This document shows positions 1-11,745 of a stretch of 64,000 bases of DNA, one piece after another. Source of the DNA: Chloroflexota bacterium (lineage in GTDB: Bacteria > Chloroflexota > Limnocylindria > Limnocylindrales > CSP1-4). A program made the translations under genes and the position numbers. The DNA lies in the NCBI GenBank assembly GCA_003141455.1, contig PLMA01000067.1, positions 85,850 to 149,849 on the forward strand, read 5' to 3'. How positions within the stretch are numbered: the stretch's first letter is position 1; each line of letters starts with the position of its first letter. The notes below the pieces were generated by a model. The model was not told the origin of the DNA and made no database searches. It was given only the letters and a program-made list of their open reading frames with translations.

Positions 1-1
1 G

Positions 2-1825
2 CGCGGCGGCCGTTACGTCATTCCGATCCGGGCCGACGCGCGCGGCCGCGTCAAGGGGATCGTCCACGACGCCTCCGGCAGCGGCCAGACGCTATTCGTG
101 GAGCCGATCGTTGCGGTGGAGCTAGGCAACGCCTGGCGTGAAGCCCAGCTTGCCGAGGCCGCCGAGATCGAGCGCATCCTCGACGAGCTTTCGTCCGTTG
201 TGGCGGGCCAGGCCGGGCCTCTGCGCGAGACTCTGGATGCCCTGGCGCGCTTCGACTTCTGGGCGGCGAAGGCGCGCCTGGCCGAGGAGATGGATGCCGT
301 CCCCGCGGAGATCGCGGACCGGCCCGAGATCGTACTCCTGGGCGCCCGCCATCCCGGGCTCGCCGGAGGAGTCGTGCCGATCGACATCCGGCTCGGCGGC
401 GACTTCACGGCCCTGCTCGTAACCGGACCGAATACCGGCGGCAAGACGGTCGCGCTGCGCACGCTGGGCCTCCTGGAGTTGATGCACCAGTCCGGCCTGC
501 ACGTGCCGGCTGACGTCGGGACCAGGCTGCCCGTCCTTGCGGACGTCTATGCCGATATCGGCGACGAGCAGTCCGTGGCCCAGTCTCTCTCCACGTTCAG
601 CGGCCACATGCGCTCCATCGTGCGGATCGTCGAGGCGGCCGGGCCCAACAAGCTGATCCTCCTCGATGAGCTCGGTGCCGGGACCGATCCGACCGAAGGT
701 TCGGCATTGGCACAGGCCCTGCTCGACTACTTCATCCGATCCGGCGCTCTCGTGGCGGCGACGACCCACTACGCCGAGCTCAAGCTCTACGCCCACACCA
801 CGTCGGCGGCCCGCAACGCCTCCGTGGAGTTCGACGTGGAGACGCTGCGGCCCACGTTCAAGCTCACGATTGGGCTGCCGGGCCGCAGCCAGGCCTTTGC
901 GATCGCCGAGCGGCTCGGGCTGTCCGTACAGATCGTCGCCGATGCTCGCTCCCGTCTCACGCAGGAGCAGCAGGCGTTCGAGGAGACCCTCGCGTCGATC
1001 AACGCCACGCAGGCGGAAGTGGCCGAGTCTCTGACCCAGGCGCGGATCGCCGAGGAGCGTGCCAGGGCGTCACAGGCCGCAGCCGAGGATGAGCGCCGTC
1101 GAGCGCGGCGCGAGCGCGACGAGTCCGTCAAGACGGCGCGTGAGGAAGCCGAGCGGCTGGTCGACGAGATTCGGACCGAGGTGCGGGGGATCCGGCGCAA
1201 GCTCGAACGGGAAACAGTCACCCAGCGCAGCCTCGACGAGGACCTCGAGAGCGCCCGGAGCAAGCTGGAGCGCCTGCCGGCCCCGGAACGCAAACCGATC
1301 ACGACCGGGGCCGTTGTGCCGGTCTCCTGGCGAGTTGGGATGCGGGCCCGTAGCCAGACTACAGGCACCGAAGGGCGGATCGCGTCGCTCGACAAGAACG
1401 GGCGGCGGGCCACTCTGGAAGCGGGTGGAATGCGTCTCAGCCTGGCCGTGGAGGACCTGGAGCCGGCATCCGGCGGCGGCGGGGACGCGGTCCCACCTGC
1501 GGCGGCCTCAGGCTCGTCGGCGTCCTCCACCGCGGCGCAAACGCCGAGCTCGGCGTCGCGGTTGCAGCTGGAGAGGGCTCGGACCGTGGCATCCTCCCTC
1601 GACCTGCGCGGCGCCAAGGTTCAGGAGGCGCTCGAAGTGCTGGATCGTTATCTCGACGATGCTTTGCTGGCCGGTCTTGACCAGGTGACGATCATCCACG
1701 GCATGGGGACTGGCGCCCTCCGCGACTCGGTACGAGACCACGCGTCCGGACATCCGCTCGTCAGGTCGTGGCGGCCGGGCGATCGCGGCGAAGGCGGCGA
1801 CGGGGCCACGATCGTCTCGCTCTGA
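2..1825 (+). CDS. mutS2: Endonuclease MutS2, 5'-truncated by the window edge
   Basis: Frame is open from base 2 (RYVIPIR..GIVHDASGSGQTLFVEP). Walker A GPNTGGKT, QSLSTFSGH, LLDELGAGTDP, coiled coil, C-terminal Smr domain (LDLRG...IIHGMGTGALR). Confidence 0.96.
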   Translation, partial: RGGRYVIPIRADARGRVKGIVHDASGSGQTLFVEPIVAVELGNAWREAQLAEAAEIERILDELSSVVAGQAGPLRETLDALARFDFWAAKARLAEEMDAVPAEIADRPEIVLLGARHPGLAGGVVPIDIRLGGDFTALLVTGPNTGGKTVALRTLGLLELMHQSGLHVPADVGTRLPVLADVYADIGDEQSVAQSLSTFSGHMRSIVRIVEAAGPNKLILLDELGAGTDPTEGSALAQALLDYFIRSGALVAATTHYAELKLYAHTTSAARNASVEFDVETLRPTFKLTIGLPGRSQAFAIAERLGLSVQIVADARSRLTQEQQAFEETLASINATQAEVAESLTQARIAEERARASQAAAEDERRRARRERDESVKTAREEAERLVDEIRTEVRGIRRKLERETVTQRSLDEDLESARSKLERLPAPERKPITTGAVVPVSWRVGMRARSQTTGTEGRIASLDKNGRRATLEAGGMRLSLAVEDLEPASGGGGDAVPPAAASGSSASSTAAQTPSSASRLQLERARTVASSLDLRGAKVQEALEVLDRYLDDALLAGLDQVTIIHGMGTGALRDSVRDHASGHPLVRSWRPGDRGEGGDGATIVSL

Positions 1826-1910
1826 TCCGAATCGGCAGAACCGCGCGCCCGGGTGCGACAATCGCAGCCAATGGCAAGGCCCGGACGGCCGTCGCCACAC
1901 GGAGGAGGCA

Positions 1911-3029
1911 TTGATCTTGGCCATGATCCCGGCGGAGCCGGCCGACCTGGCGCGAGAAGTCAGGATCGTAGATGCGACCGAGACTGCGCCGGCAACCTGG
2001 GACGAGATGGCCGTGCGAAGCGCAATGGGCGAGGCCTTCCAATCTCATGCCTGGGGCGAGCTCAAACGCAGCCTGGGATGGACGCCACTCCGCTACGTGA
2101 TCGAGCTGTCCGGTCGACCGATCGGCGTGGTCTCCATCCAGGAACGCTCCCTGCTGGGACGACGGGCGGGGCCCCTGGGGCAGTTTCGGATCCACTACGC
2201 GCCCCGCGGCCCTGTTTTGCTCGACACGGACCCCACGGCTGCCATGGCGGCGCTCGTGGGGCTGCGGCTCGTCGCCAGGGCGCGCCACGCGCTTTCCCTA
2301 ACCATCGATCCGGCCTGGGAGGAGGGGAGCGACCTCGTGGGCGTCCTGGCCGGATCCGGCTTTCGACCGGCCGCACGAGAGATCCAGGTGTCGCGCACCT
2401 CGATGATCGTGCCCCTCGAGACGTCCGAGGTGGCTCAGCGCGCACTGCTGGGCCACACCACGTATGCAGACATCGATCGGGCCATCGGACTCGGCGTGAC
2501 GACAGAGAGGGTCGACCTGACCGACCAGGCTCTGCGTGAGGCAGCGCTGGCCGAGTTCTTCGACATGCACGCCGCAACAGGCAAGCGCGAAGGATTCCTG
2601 GTCAGGGACCGCGAGTACGAGCTGCGGCAGTGGCGGAGTCTGGGGGAATCTGGGGTCGCGAGCCTGTGGTTCGCCGGTCTGGGCGGCCGGGACACAGGCG
2701 CGCTGCTCCTCCATTCGGGCAAGCTTGTCGTCTACTTCGCCGCCGGCTCTCGAGAGGACGCCGACATGCGTCGAACGCGGGCGAACCATCTCTTGCAGTG
2801 GCGGATCATTCGCTGGGCGGCCGAGTCCGGCTACCGGGGCTACGACATGGGCGGCGTCGATACGCACGCGGCGCCCGGCGTGCCCCAGGACGAATCCCAC
2901 CCGCTCTGGAACCTCTATCTGTTCAAGCACCGCTTCGGTGGGCGGCCCGCGGTTCGAGTCCCGGCCCACGAATACGCGCCCAACGCGGTTGTCGCCGTGG
3001 CATGGCGCCTTGGCAGGCGGTTTCGTTGA
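1911..3029 (+). CDS. FemABX/MurM-like lipid II aminoacyl (peptidoglycan bridge) transferase
   Basis: FQSHAWGELK, YAPRGPVL, NHLLQWRIIRWA..GY..YDMGG, LYLFKHRFGG motifs; GGAGG upstream of a TTG start. Confidence 0.85.
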   Translation: MILAMIPAEPADLAREVRIVDATETAPATWDEMAVRSAMGEAFQSHAWGELKRSLGWTPLRYVIELSGRPIGVVSIQERSLLGRRAGPLGQFRIHYAPRGPVLLDTDPTAAMAALVGLRLVARARHALSLTIDPAWEEGSDLVGVLAGSGFRPAAREIQVSRTSMIVPLETSEVAQRALLGHTTYADIDRAIGLGVTTERVDLTDQALREAALAEFFDMHAATGKREGFLVRDREYELRQWRSLGESGVASLWFAGLGGRDTGALLLHSGKLVVYFAAGSREDADMRRTRANHLLQWRIIRWAAESGYRGYDMGGVDTHAAPGVPQDESHPLWNLYLFKHRFGGRPAVRVPAHEYAPNAVVAVAWRLGRRFR

Positions 3030-3295
3030 GCGGCGATCGACCCGAACCGGGCGAGTCGCCTCGAGGGCGGGGCTGGCGACCGCGCGACTGGTTTCCACGC
3101 CGGCCGCGGGACGGAGGCGAAACGTCTGAGGCGGCCGCGCGCAAGAAGCCCGGGCCGGATCGAATCCCGATCCGAGCGGTGCCGCCGGAAGCCCGCACTC
3201 CAATGGCCTCGGACCCGCGCCAGGCCCGCGCTTCCCGGCCGGCGAGGGAGGAATACACGCCCTTCGTACCTCGGGCGCGGCGGGAGATGGCGGCG

Positions 3296-4963
3296 ATGAT
3301 CGGTGCGGACGTCACCGGCGACGTGATCCTCGCAACTGACGAATCGTCCACAGACCTGGCGGCCATCTCCGCGGCACGGCTCGGCGGCCGCGCCATCGCC
3401 CTCTCGGGCCTGGTGGTAATCGTCGGGGTTGTGCTCTCCCGATTGCTGGGCGAGGTCCGATTGGCCGTCCTCGGCGCCGAGTTCGGTGCGGGCGCCAACC
3501 TCGACGCGTTCACGGCCGCCTTCCGCATCCCAGACACGCTCTTCCAGCTGGTGGCCGCCGGTGCAATCGGCTCCGCGGTGGTGCCCGTGGCATCCGAGCT
3601 GATTGCCCACGGCGACACCGAGGGGGCGCGCCGGCTCATCTCGACCATCACGAACCTGATGATCCTCGTGCTGGCGCCGCTCGCGGCCATCGCCTGGCTC
3701 GCGGCTCCGGCCCTGGTGCCGCTGATCGCACCGGGCTTTGAGCCCGCCAGGATGCAGACGACCATCGACCTGACTCGGCTGATGCTGCTCTCGCCCATTT
3801 TCCTGGCGGTGGGCGCCGTGATGGCCGCGGGCCTGAACTCGCTCGGGATATTCGGCCCGCCGGCGATGGCGCCGAACGTCTACAACGTGCTCATCATCGC
3901 CGCGGCCATCGTTCTGACGCCGTTCTTCGGAATCCAGGCTCTTGCCATCGGCGTGGTCCTGGGTGCGCTGGGTCATGTCCTGACTCAGGCCCGGCCCTTC
4001 GTCGACCACCAGCTCTACCGGCCCGTTATGAACCTCGGCGACCCGGCGGTTCGAGAGACCCTCCTTCTCATGGGTCCGCGGGCGCTGGGCCTCGGAGCGA
4101 CGCAGCTCGTCTTCCTGGTCTACACGGTCTTCCTGTCGACCCTACCTCAGGGCGACGTCACGATCTTCAACTACTCGTTCATGGCTCTGCAGATCCCCGT
4201 CGGCTTGCTCGGCGTGCCCCTGGGAATCGTGCTGCTGCCGCCGCTGTCGCGAGCCTATTCTCTGGGCCAGCAGGGTCAGTTTCGAGCGCTCGCCGACCAA
4301 TCGCTCCGGCTTCTCCTCTTCGTCACGATCCCGCTGACAGGTCTCATGCTGGCCCTGGCCGCCCCCACGATCGCCCTCCTGTACGGCTATGGGAAGCTCA
4401 CCGCTGCCCATCAGGCGGCCATGGTGCCGGTTTTCATCGTCTTCCTGGCCGGTCTGGTGGCGCACGTCATGATCTCCCTCCTGGCTCCGATCTTCTACGC
4501 CGGGAAGGACACCAGGACACCCGTGACGGCCGCGTTGGTGGCCGTGGCAGTTGACATCGGCGCTGCTCTCGTCCTCTTCCCCTGGTTCCACTTGCAGGGC
4601 CTGGCCCTGGCGATAGGGCTGGGGGCCTGGGTTGAGGTGGTGATGCTGGTAGCCCTCATGGAGCGCCGCATCGGGTTCGATCTGCGGCCCATGGCCCGCC
4701 ACGCGGTGGCTTTCGTGGGCGGGGGATTGGTGGCCGCCGCGGCTGCCTACCTGGCAGACCGGTTCATCGAGCAATACACGGGCGGGCCTACCTCGTTCTT
4801 TGCGCGGATCGCGGAGCTTGTCCCGTCGGGTCTCGTGGGCCTGGCGGTATACGTCGCCTGGGCCCGAGCCTGCCGTTTGCCCGAGCTCGACGCGGCTTTC
4901 GAGCTTGTCCGCACGGTACTCGGCCGGGGGAAGGGAACCAGCCCGAAGCCCTCCAAGGCCTGA
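3296..4963 (+). CDS. murJ: Lipid II flippase MurJ (MviN)
   Basis: SRLLGEVR..FGAG..LDAFTAAFRIPD, ALQIPVGLLGV, FYAGKDTRTP; many TM segments. Start uncertain (ATG at 3203, 3287 or 3296). Confidence 0.92.
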   Translation: MIGADVTGDVILATDESSTDLAAISAARLGGRAIALSGLVVIVGVVLSRLLGEVRLAVLGAEFGAGANLDAFTAAFRIPDTLFQLVAAGAIGSAVVPVASELIAHGDTEGARRLISTITNLMILVLAPLAAIAWLAAPALVPLIAPGFEPARMQTTIDLTRLMLLSPIFLAVGAVMAAGLNSLGIFGPPAMAPNVYNVLIIAAAIVLTPFFGIQALAIGVVLGALGHVLTQARPFVDHQLYRPVMNLGDPAVRETLLLMGPRALGLGATQLVFLVYTVFLSTLPQGDVTIFNYSFMALQIPVGLLGVPLGIVLLPPLSRAYSLGQQGQFRALADQSLRLLLFVTIPLTGLMLALAAPTIALLYGYGKLTAAHQAAMVPVFIVFLAGLVAHVMISLLAPIFYAGKDTRTPVTAALVAVAVDIGAALVLFPWFHLQGLALAIGLGAWVEVVMLVALMERRIGFDLRPMARHAVAFVGGGLVAAAAAYLADRFIEQYTGGPTSFFARIAELVPSGLVGLAVYVAWARACRLPELDAAFELVRTVLGRGKGTSPKPSKA

Positions 4964-5011
4964 CGGGCACCCTGGCCGGCGGCGCGGAAATGGCCAGCCA
5001 CCGCCGGGCTT

Positions 5012-7954
5012 CTAGCCGCGCCGGGGCCCTCGACGGAATCCGACCCCGCGTCGTAGCCGGGCGATCACAGAGGCCGACAACGGCACGAGCGGCACGAACA
5101 CCGGCGCAGAAGTCTGCGGGGCGGGCGTGGGCGTCGGGGTCGGGGTCGGGGTCGGAGTGGCGGTGGGAGTCGGGGTGGCGACGTGCTTCGGGGTAGGAGT
5201 CGGAGTGGCAACGTGCTTCGGGGTAGGAGTCGGCGTAGGAGTCGGCGTTTCGGTCGGAGTCGGCGTAGGAGTCGGCGTAGGAGTCGGCGTTTCGGTCGGG
5301 CTGGCCGACGGCGGCGGTGAGCCCGTGTTGGACGTACATGTGTTCGTCGGCGCGAACGGCGCGCCCCACGTCTTGCCGAACGGCGTCCAGAACCCCGTCT
5401 GGTAGAAGTACATCGTGGCCCCGTTGTTGGGGCCGCCGCGTATGCCGACGCCCTGCCTGGCTCTGGCAATCCAGATCTGATCGTATTTCTGGAAGTTGCT
5501 GTTGCCGGAGTCAACCTGACTCAGGTCCAGCAGCCCCTGGGTTGCCTTGACCCCCGGGCAATCCCACGTCCACAGAGTGTTGCTGACAGTGTCCACGTCG
5601 ACCGGCACCTTCGTGTTGTCGACTTGCTGCGGCACCGTGCCGTCGATGAAGACTTCCTTGACCGTCTGCGTCGTGTACGGGCCCGGGAGCATTCCGCTGT
5701 TGGCGTCCACCGTGGCCCACGTGACGCCGCTCGGCTGCTTGAAGTCGACGACGGGGGTCTTCGCCGTGGCGTCCTGCATGAACGCGTGCCAGATCGGCGC
5801 CGCCATCTCGAGCGACATCACGCTATGGCCGGGCGCGTGGTCGCTGTTGCCGGCCCAGACTCCCGCCACGATGGCCGGAGCATTTGGGTCTGAGGGCGGG
5901 GCCACATACCCGACGGCGAAGAGATCCTCGGTCTGGTCGCTCGTGCCGGTCTTCAACGTCGCCGGCCGCCGCGCCTTGCCCTCGACCAGCTGGTACTGGC
6001 TCCACCAGTTGTTCTGTGCCGGGTCGGTATTGCCGGCCAGGATGCTCGTCATCACGTAGCTCGCCTGAGGCGTGGACGGATGCGTGATCTTTGGGGTGAG
6101 GGCAGCTGCCGGCACGACTTCTTTCCCGCTGGCGTCCGCGATTGACATGATCATCCGCCGCTGGACGAGTGTTCCGGAGTCGGCGATCGCGCCGTAGGCG
6201 GATACGAGATCGGCCGGGTGGACCTCCAGGGTGCCGATGCCTACCGAGACGCCCGGGTTCGCGTTGGCCGGGAATTGCAGCCCGAAGTCCTGGGCCCGCT
6301 GCATGACGCGCGCAACCGTGGTAATTGAAGCGGCCTTCACCGCCGGGATGTTCAGCGAGTACTGGAGAGCCTCGCGCAGCCGGACGGGGCCGCGCTCGAA
6401 GCCGTCGGCGTCGTGCGGCGTATAGCCCCCGCCGAAGTCCGTGGCCACATCCATGAAGAGCGAGGCCGCAGTCAGGCCCTTGCCCTGGATGCCGATCAGA
6501 TAGTTGATCGGCTTGAAGGCGGAGCCGGGCTGGCGGCCCACTCCGGAAGACAGGGCGTCGTACTCCGGGTCGAAGTAGTTCTGGCCGGCTTTGGCCGGAT
6601 CCTTGACTGGTTTCTCGTAGAATCCGGCGCTGCCGGCATAGGCGAGCACCTGTCCGGTCCGGTAGTCGACCGCGATGAGCACGCCGTTGTGGATGTTCCC
6701 GGTACGGAGACCAACGCTGCTGGTGGAGCTTGGACCGATGATCCGGGTGTAGTTGTACGGATCGCTCTTGGCGGTGATACCGATCCCGGGTTGGGCGAGG
6801 TAGGCGACGTCCTCGGCGAGCGTGCCCTGATTGGGCCCGAAGACGTACGCCTTGAGCCACTTCTCGGCCGAGCGCTGCATGTTCACGTCCAGCGTCGTTA
6901 TCACCCTGAGACCACCCGTGTCCACCTTCTGGCATTCGGCGGGATCGATACCCGGGTTGCAGAGCAAGTCCGCCAGCTGCTGGCGCACCAGCAGGTCGAA
7001 CTGCGGCGCGATGTTCGGTGGGCGATACGTCGGGTGGAGGATCACCGGCTCCGACTCCGCCAGCAGGAGGGTTGCGTCGTCGTACTTGCCCTTCAGCAGG
7101 CCATCGCGGTTGTTCTGGCGCATGTCCTCGAGAATCACGTTGCGCCGGCCCACGATCACCGCCTCGGGGGGCACCACCCACGTCCCGTCATCCCTCTGCT
7201 CGGCGTTCGCCACGAGGTCGTACGCCGAGGGCGCCTGCAACAGGGCGGCGATGATGACGGCCTGCGCGACGGTCAGCTGGTTGAGGTCCGTGACGCCGAA
7301 GTAGCCCTGCGCGGCGGCCGCGATGCCATAGCTCTGGTTGCCGAAGTAGTTGAGGTTCAGGTAAGCGGTGATGATCGACTGTTTGCCCTGGTCGCCCGGG
7401 TACTCCTGCGTCAGCCGAATCGACTGGATGATCTCCTTGATCTTGCGGTCGATGGTGCTGGTCGTCGGCGGCAGCAGCTGCATTCGAACGAGCTGCTGCG
7501 TAATCGTCGACGCGCCTCGAGCGTGGCCTGACAAGGCATCACGGAGCGCGGAGAGAACGGCTGCCGGATCGAATCCCGTGTTGGACCAGAAGGTCTTGTC
7601 TTCAGCGCTGGTCGTGGCATCGAGGACGGCCGGTGGGATCTCCGCAAACCCGAGGACGCGCCGGTTCTCCGAGCCGAAGGCCGCAAGCTGGACAGTGCCG
7701 GTCCGGTCGAGCAGGACGGTCTGCTGGTTGTACGGGATGGCCAGGAGCTTCTGTTTCGGGTCCTCGAGGTCCGCGCTGTAAGAGTGGTACATCTGCACCG
7801 CGCCCACGAAAGCCACCGAGCTGAGAACGAAGAAGGTCGCGAGCAGGAATAGCGGAAGCACGAGGGCTACCCGGCTGCCGGAGCCACCGCCTGGGCGATG
7901 AGTGCCGGCGCCGTTGCGACGACGGCGTTCACGTTGGGCGATGCTGGTCTTCAT
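5012..7954 (-). CDS. Class A penicillin-binding protein (transglycosylase + transpeptidase) with Pro/Thr tail
   Basis: TM anchor; GT51 motifs [28 protein letters not shown]; transpeptidase SAFK, SLN, KTG. Start MKTSIAQ at 7954. Confidence 0.93.
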   Translation of the reverse strand: MKTSIAQRERRRRNGAGTHRPGGGSGSRVALVLPLFLLATFFVLSSVAFVGAVQMYHSYSADLEDPKQKLLAIPYNQQTVLLDRTGTVQLAAFGSENRRVLGFAEIPPAVLDATTSAEDKTFWSNTGFDPAAVLSALRDALSGHARGASTITQQLVRMQLLPPTTSTIDRKIKEIIQSIRLTQEYPGDQGKQSIITAYLNLNYFGNQSYGIAAAAQGYFGVTDLNQLTVAQAVIIAALLQAPSAYDLVANAEQRDDGTWVVPPEAVIVGRRNVILEDMRQNNRDGLLKGKYDDATLLLAESEPVILHPTYRPPNIAPQFDLLVRQQLADLLCNPGIDPAECQKVDTGGLRVITTLDVNMQRSAEKWLKAYVFGPNQGTLAEDVAYLAQPGIGITAKSDPYNYTRIIGPSSTSSVGLRTGNIHNGVLIAVDYRTGQVLAYAGSAGFYEKPVKDPAKAGQNYFDPEYDALSSGVGRQPGSAFKPINYLIGIQGKGLTAASLFMDVATDFGGGYTPHDADGFERGPVRLREALQYSLNIPAVKAASITTVARVMQRAQDFGLQFPANANPGVSVGIGTLEVHPADLVSAYGAIADSGTLVQRRMIMSIADASGKEVVPAAALTPKITHPSTPQASYVMTSILAGNTDPAQNNWWSQYQLVEGKARRPATLKTGTSDQTEDLFAVGYVAPPSDPNAPAIVAGVWAGNSDHAPGHSVMSLEMAAPIWHAFMQDATAKTPVVDFKQPSGVTWATVDANSGMLPGPYTTQTVKEVFIDGTVPQQVDNTKVPVDVDTVSNTLWTWDCPGVKATQGLLDLSQVDSGNSNFQKYDQIWIARARQGVGIRGGPNNGATMYFYQTGFWTPFGKTWGAPFAPTNTCTSNTGSPPPSASPTETPTPTPTPTPTPTETPTPTPTPTPKHVATPTPTPKHVATPTPTATPTPTPTPTPTPAPQTSAPVFVPLVPLSASVIARLRRGVGFRRGPRRG
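5127..5299 (-). repeat. Coding low-complexity (Pro-Thr)n repeats in the PBP tail
   Basis: Repeated ggagtc/ggcgta hexamers, with duplicated [10 protein letters not shown] and PTETPTPTP units. Confidence 0.9.
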
Positions 7955-8089
7955 GGCGGCTCGCAAGATAGCATAGGTACAGAGGCGGCCATTCCACCCC
8001 CACCGCCGGGCTTCGGACGAGCAGGTCCATCGTGAAGTGACGAAGTGGAGCACACTCGGGCCATGACTCTGGCTGGCGAAACCGAAGGA

Positions 8090-9388
8090 ATGGGAACCTC
8101 GACGATCCCCGGTGGGTTGGCCGGACTGCTCGATGAGCTGCGCTGGCGGGGCATGCTCCACCAGTTCAGCAGCGGCCTTGCCGAACGCCTGGCGACCGGC
8201 ACGCCCATCCGGGGTTACGTCGGTTTCGACCCGACTGGCACGTCATTGCACATCGGCAGCCTGGTCCCGATCTTCGGGCTGATCCACTTGCAGCGGGCCG
8301 GCGGCACGCCCATCGCGGTCGTGGGCGGAGGAACCGCGATGATCGGGGATCCGTCCGGGCGGTCGGCCGAGCGACTGCTGCTGAGCCGGGCCACGGTGGA
8401 AGAGAACATCGTCGGCATTCAGGCCCAGCTGGGCAGGTTCCTGGACTTCGACGGCCCCAACGGCGCCGAGCTGGTGGACAACTACGAGTGGCTGAGCTCG
8501 TATTCGCTGCTCCGCTTCCTGCGCGACATCGGCAAGCACCTCACCATCCCGTACATGCTGGCCAAGGATTCGGTCCAGATTCGACTCAACGAGGGGCTGA
8601 GCTTCACGGAGTTCAGCTACATGCTGCTGCAGGCGGCCGACTTCCTGCACCTGTATCGCGCAGCCGGAGTCGAGCTACAGATGGGCGGGGCGGATCAGTG
8701 GGGCAACATCACCGCCGGCCTCGAGCTGATCCGGAAGGAGTTCGGCGCCGGTGAGGCGCAGGACCTCGCGTTCGCGATCAGCTATCCGCTCCTGACGAAC
8801 CCGAGCGGCTCGAAGTTCGGCAAGACGGCCGCCGGTACGAGCGTCTGGCTCGACCCTGCGAAGACGAGCCCGTTCCAGTTCTACCAGTACTGGCTCGACG
8901 CCGATGACCGCGACGTCGGCAAGTACCTGCGAACATTCACCCTCCTCGATCGTGCCCGTATCGAAGCGCTCGAAGCCGAGCAGGCGGCGCACCCGGAGAC
9001 GCGGGTCGCCCAGAGAGCCGTGGCCTACGACTTGACCGCGCGCGTTCACGGCAAGGACGAGGCGGCGCGGGCCGTTCGGGTCAGCGAGGCGGCCTTCTCG
9101 CGCGAGCCGATCCGCGACCCCGAGGTCCTCGCAACCTTGTTCGCCGCCGTGGACCATTTCGAGTTCACGGACCAGGACGTGGCCGGCGGCGCCATGGGGA
9201 TCGCCGTGATCAGCGGTCAGTACAGCTCCAACGGCGAGGCGCGGCGGGCCATCGCCCAGGGCGGCCTATCGATCAACGACGAGCGGGTCAAGGCGCCGGA
9301 AGACGCCGTCCCAGCGCCGATCGCCGACCGCTATCTGGTCTTGCGGTCCGGCAAGAAGAGCCTGCGAATCGGGCGCCTCAAGAGCTAG
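8090..9388 (+). CDS. tyrS: Tyrosine--tRNA ligase
   Basis: GFDPTG.SLHIGS (HIGH), [27 protein letters not shown]-terminal S4 domain; GAAGGA SD before ATG 8090. Confidence 0.97.
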   Translation: MGTSTIPGGLAGLLDELRWRGMLHQFSSGLAERLATGTPIRGYVGFDPTGTSLHIGSLVPIFGLIHLQRAGGTPIAVVGGGTAMIGDPSGRSAERLLLSRATVEENIVGIQAQLGRFLDFDGPNGAELVDNYEWLSSYSLLRFLRDIGKHLTIPYMLAKDSVQIRLNEGLSFTEFSYMLLQAADFLHLYRAAGVELQMGGADQWGNITAGLELIRKEFGAGEAQDLAFAISYPLLTNPSGSKFGKTAAGTSVWLDPAKTSPFQFYQYWLDADDRDVGKYLRTFTLLDRARIEALEAEQAAHPETRVAQRAVAYDLTARVHGKDEAARAVRVSEAAFSREPIRDPEVLATLFAAVDHFEFTDQDVAGGAMGIAVISGQYSSNGEARRAIAQGGLSINDERVKAPEDAVPAPIADRYLVLRSGKKSLRIGRLKS

Positions 9389-9521
9389 GAGCCAGGGCCT
9401 CCGCCGCGTCCCGCGCGGGTCCCGAGACGGGTGCGGGGCCGGCACGGTTGCCGGCGTCGCCCGCGAGGTCGCTCGCGCGACTGGCTGGCGAGGGGCAGAC
9501 AGGGACCTGGGCTGGCCGGTT

Positions 9522-10283
9522 CTACGGCCTGTGGCGTTCGCGGAGCCTGGCGATCACCGCTGCCGGCGGCAGGTCGCGCTCGCGCAGCACGACCAGGGTG
9601 TGATACAGCAGATCCGCCACTTCGCCCGCCAGCGCCTCGCGGGTGGCCTGGCGCCGTTCGGGGGCCGCGGCGGCATCGTCCTTGGCGGCCATGAGCACTT
9701 CGGTGGCTTCCTCGGCGACCTTGCGGGCCGGGCCGTCCACGCCGGCCGCCAGCAGACGGGCGGTGTACGACGCAGCCGGATCGGCCCCGGCGCGCTGATC
9801 GATCGTTGTCCAGAGCGTTTCCAGCCACTCGAACCCTTGGCGGGAGCCGAGGTCTCCGGGCGCAGGGCCGGCGGACGCGTCGGTCTCGAGGGCTGTGCCG
9901 CTCGCAGACGCGGCGCGCTCGCTCGCGGTCGCATCCGAAGTCGCGGCCGACTCGGATCCCACCGGATCGAAGCAACTGCGCGTATTGCGGTGGCAGGCCG
10001 GACCGGCCGGGTCGACCTGCAGGAGCAGGGCATCGCCGTCGCAATCGATCGCGAGGTCCACGAGGCGCAAAACGTTGCCGCTCGTCTCGCCCTTCCGCCA
10101 GAGAGAGTCCCGGGAGCGCGAGTGGAAATGGACCTGGCCCGTGGCCAGCGTCGCGGCGAGTGCCTCCGCATCGACGTAGGCAACCATGAGGACGCGGCCA
10201 TCCGCGGCATCCTGGACCACGGCCGGGACAAGGCCGCTCGGTCCCCACGTCACCTCTTCCGGCAGCAGCTGCTTCGCGCTCAT
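9522..10283 (-). CDS. hisI: Bifunctional phosphoribosyl-AMP cyclohydrolase / phosphoribosyl-ATP pyrophosphatase (HisIE)
   Basis: [34 protein letters not shown], then [23 protein letters not shown]. Confidence 0.95.
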   Translation of the reverse strand: MSAKQLLPEEVTWGPSGLVPAVVQDAADGRVLMVAYVDAEALAATLATGQVHFHSRSRDSLWRKGETSGNVLRLVDLAIDCDGDALLLQVDPAGPACHRNTRSCFDPVGSESAATSDATASERAASASGTALETDASAGPAPGDLGSRQGFEWLETLWTTIDQRAGADPAASYTARLLAAGVDGPARKVAEEATEVLMAAKDDAAAAPERRQATREALAGEVADLLYHTLVVLRERDLPPAAVIARLRERHRP

Positions 10284-11071
10284 GCGACCGCCTCTCCGAC
10301 GGGTCGCACCGGCAGACCCGCCGCGGCCATCGCGGCCTTGACCGAGGCGATCGAATGCATGCGGCGATGGAAGATGGATGCCGCGAGGACGGCGTCCGCC
10401 TTTCCGTCGCGTACGGCGGTCACGAAGTCCTCGGGGCTGGAAGCTCCACCGGACGCGATCACCGGCACGCGTACCCGCGACGCAATGGACGCCAGCAGTT
10501 CCGTGTCGAAGCCGCTGCGGGTGCCGTCCCTGTCTATCGACGTGACCAGCAGCTCGCCCGCGCCCAGCTCCACGACTCGCAGCGCCCACGAGACCGCGTC
10601 AAGGTCCGTGGCGCGGCGCCCCCCGTGCGTGACCACTTCCCATGTCTGTCCGGCTCCGTCGGTCCGGGGCAGGCGGCGGGCATCGATGGCGCAGACGACG
10701 GCCTGACTGCCGAAACGTTCGGCGCAGGCGGTGAGCAACTCCGGCGCGGCCACGGCCGCGGTGTTGAACGAGACCTTGTCCGCGCCGGCTCGGAGAACGT
10801 CGTGCATCTCCTGGACGCTGCGCACGCCCCCGCCGACCGTAAGTGGCACGAACGCGCGGCTGGCAGTGCGACGCACGACGTCCAGCATCGTCGCACGCCC
10901 TTCATGAGCCGCGGTTATGTCCAGGAAGACGATCTCGTCCGCGCCCTCGCGGGCGTACCGCTCGGCCAGCTCGGCCGGGTCGCCTTCGTCGGTCAGATTC
11001 ACGAACTTGGTTCCCTTGACGACGCGTCCCTTGTCCACGTCCAGGCACGGGATCACTCTTCGGGCCAGCAT
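10280..11071 (-). CDS. hisF: Imidazole glycerol phosphate synthase cyclase subunit
   Basis: [42 protein letters not shown]. Confidence 0.97.
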   Translation of the reverse strand: MLARRVIPCLDVDKGRVVKGTKFVNLTDEGDPAELAERYAREGADEIVFLDITAAHEGRATMLDVVRRTASRAFVPLTVGGGVRSVQEMHDVLRAGADKVSFNTAAVAAPELLTACAERFGSQAVVCAIDARRLPRTDGAGQTWEVVTHGGRRATDLDAVSWALRVVELGAGELLVTSIDRDGTRSGFDTELLASIASRVRVPVIASGGASSPEDFVTAVRDGKADAVLAASIFHRRMHSIASVKAAMAAAGLPVRPVGEAVA

Positions 11072-11745
11072 CACGCCACCTCCGAGCCCAGGGCGGCCCC
11101 GGCTCGAGCGTTCGTCTCCGCGTTTGCCGCGACCAGGCGCAGGAAGTTGGAGAGCAGGCGCAGGCCTGCGTCGGACGACTTCTCGGGGTGGAACTGCAAC
11201 CCGTAGAGCGAGCCCCTGGCGACCGCGCTTACGAACGGACGCCCGTGGTCGGTGCGGGCCACGACGACACCCTCGTCCGCCGGCACCGGCGCGAACGAGT
11301 GGACGAAGTAGAAATACGAGCCATCGGGGATGCCATCGAACAGCGGGTGAGGCCGCACGGCCCGCACGACGTTCCAACCGATGTGGGGCAACGTCGGCGC
11401 GTCGCGCAACGCCACGGTCCGGCCCGCCAGGAAGCCCAGCGTTTCGGCGTCGCCTTCATCGCTGGCGTCGAACAAGAGCTCGAACCCAAGGCATATGCCG
11501 AGGCATGGCTTACCGGCACGGACCCAATTGCGCAATGGCTCAACCAGGCCGCGTTCGCGCAGGTGGGTCATGGCCGACGCTGCGGCCCCGACTCCCGGCA
11601 CGACCAGAGCGTCGGCACCCGCCAGCGCCGAGGGTTCGGCGGCAACGACCACGTCCGCGCCGACGGCCGCCAGACCGTGTGTGATGCTGACCAGGTTCGC
11701 CGCGCCGTAATCGAGGATGGCGATCCTGGGTTTCGATCCAGTCAT
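11071..11745 (-). CDS. hisH: Imidazole glycerol phosphate synthase amidotransferase subunit
   Basis: [35 protein letters not shown]. Confidence 0.96.
   Translation of the reverse strand: MTGSKPRIAILDYGAANLVSITHGLAAVGADVVVAAEPSALAGADALVVPGVGAAASAMTHLRERGLVEPLRNWVRAGKPCLGICLGFELLFDASDEGDAETLGFLAGRTVALRDAPTLPHIGWNVVRAVRPHPLFDGIPDGSYFYFVHSFAPVPADEGVVVARTDHGRPFVSAVARGSLYGLQFHPEKSSDAGLRLLSNFLRLVAANAETNARAGAALGSEVA

Noticed and set aside
2630-3295. Long N-terminal extension of MurJ in the ORF track
   Set aside because: It overlaps the FemABX gene and is Arg/Pro-rich noise; MurJ homology starts near 3380.
5127-5299. Short tandem repeats here and at ~60270-60340 as possible CRISPR or VNTR
   Set aside because: They are in-frame Pro-Thr linker codons with no spacers and no cas genes.
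7955-8089. T-box leader before tyrS
   Set aside because: The spacer is only ~135 nt, shared with the divergent PBP gene, and has no T-box consensus or terminator.
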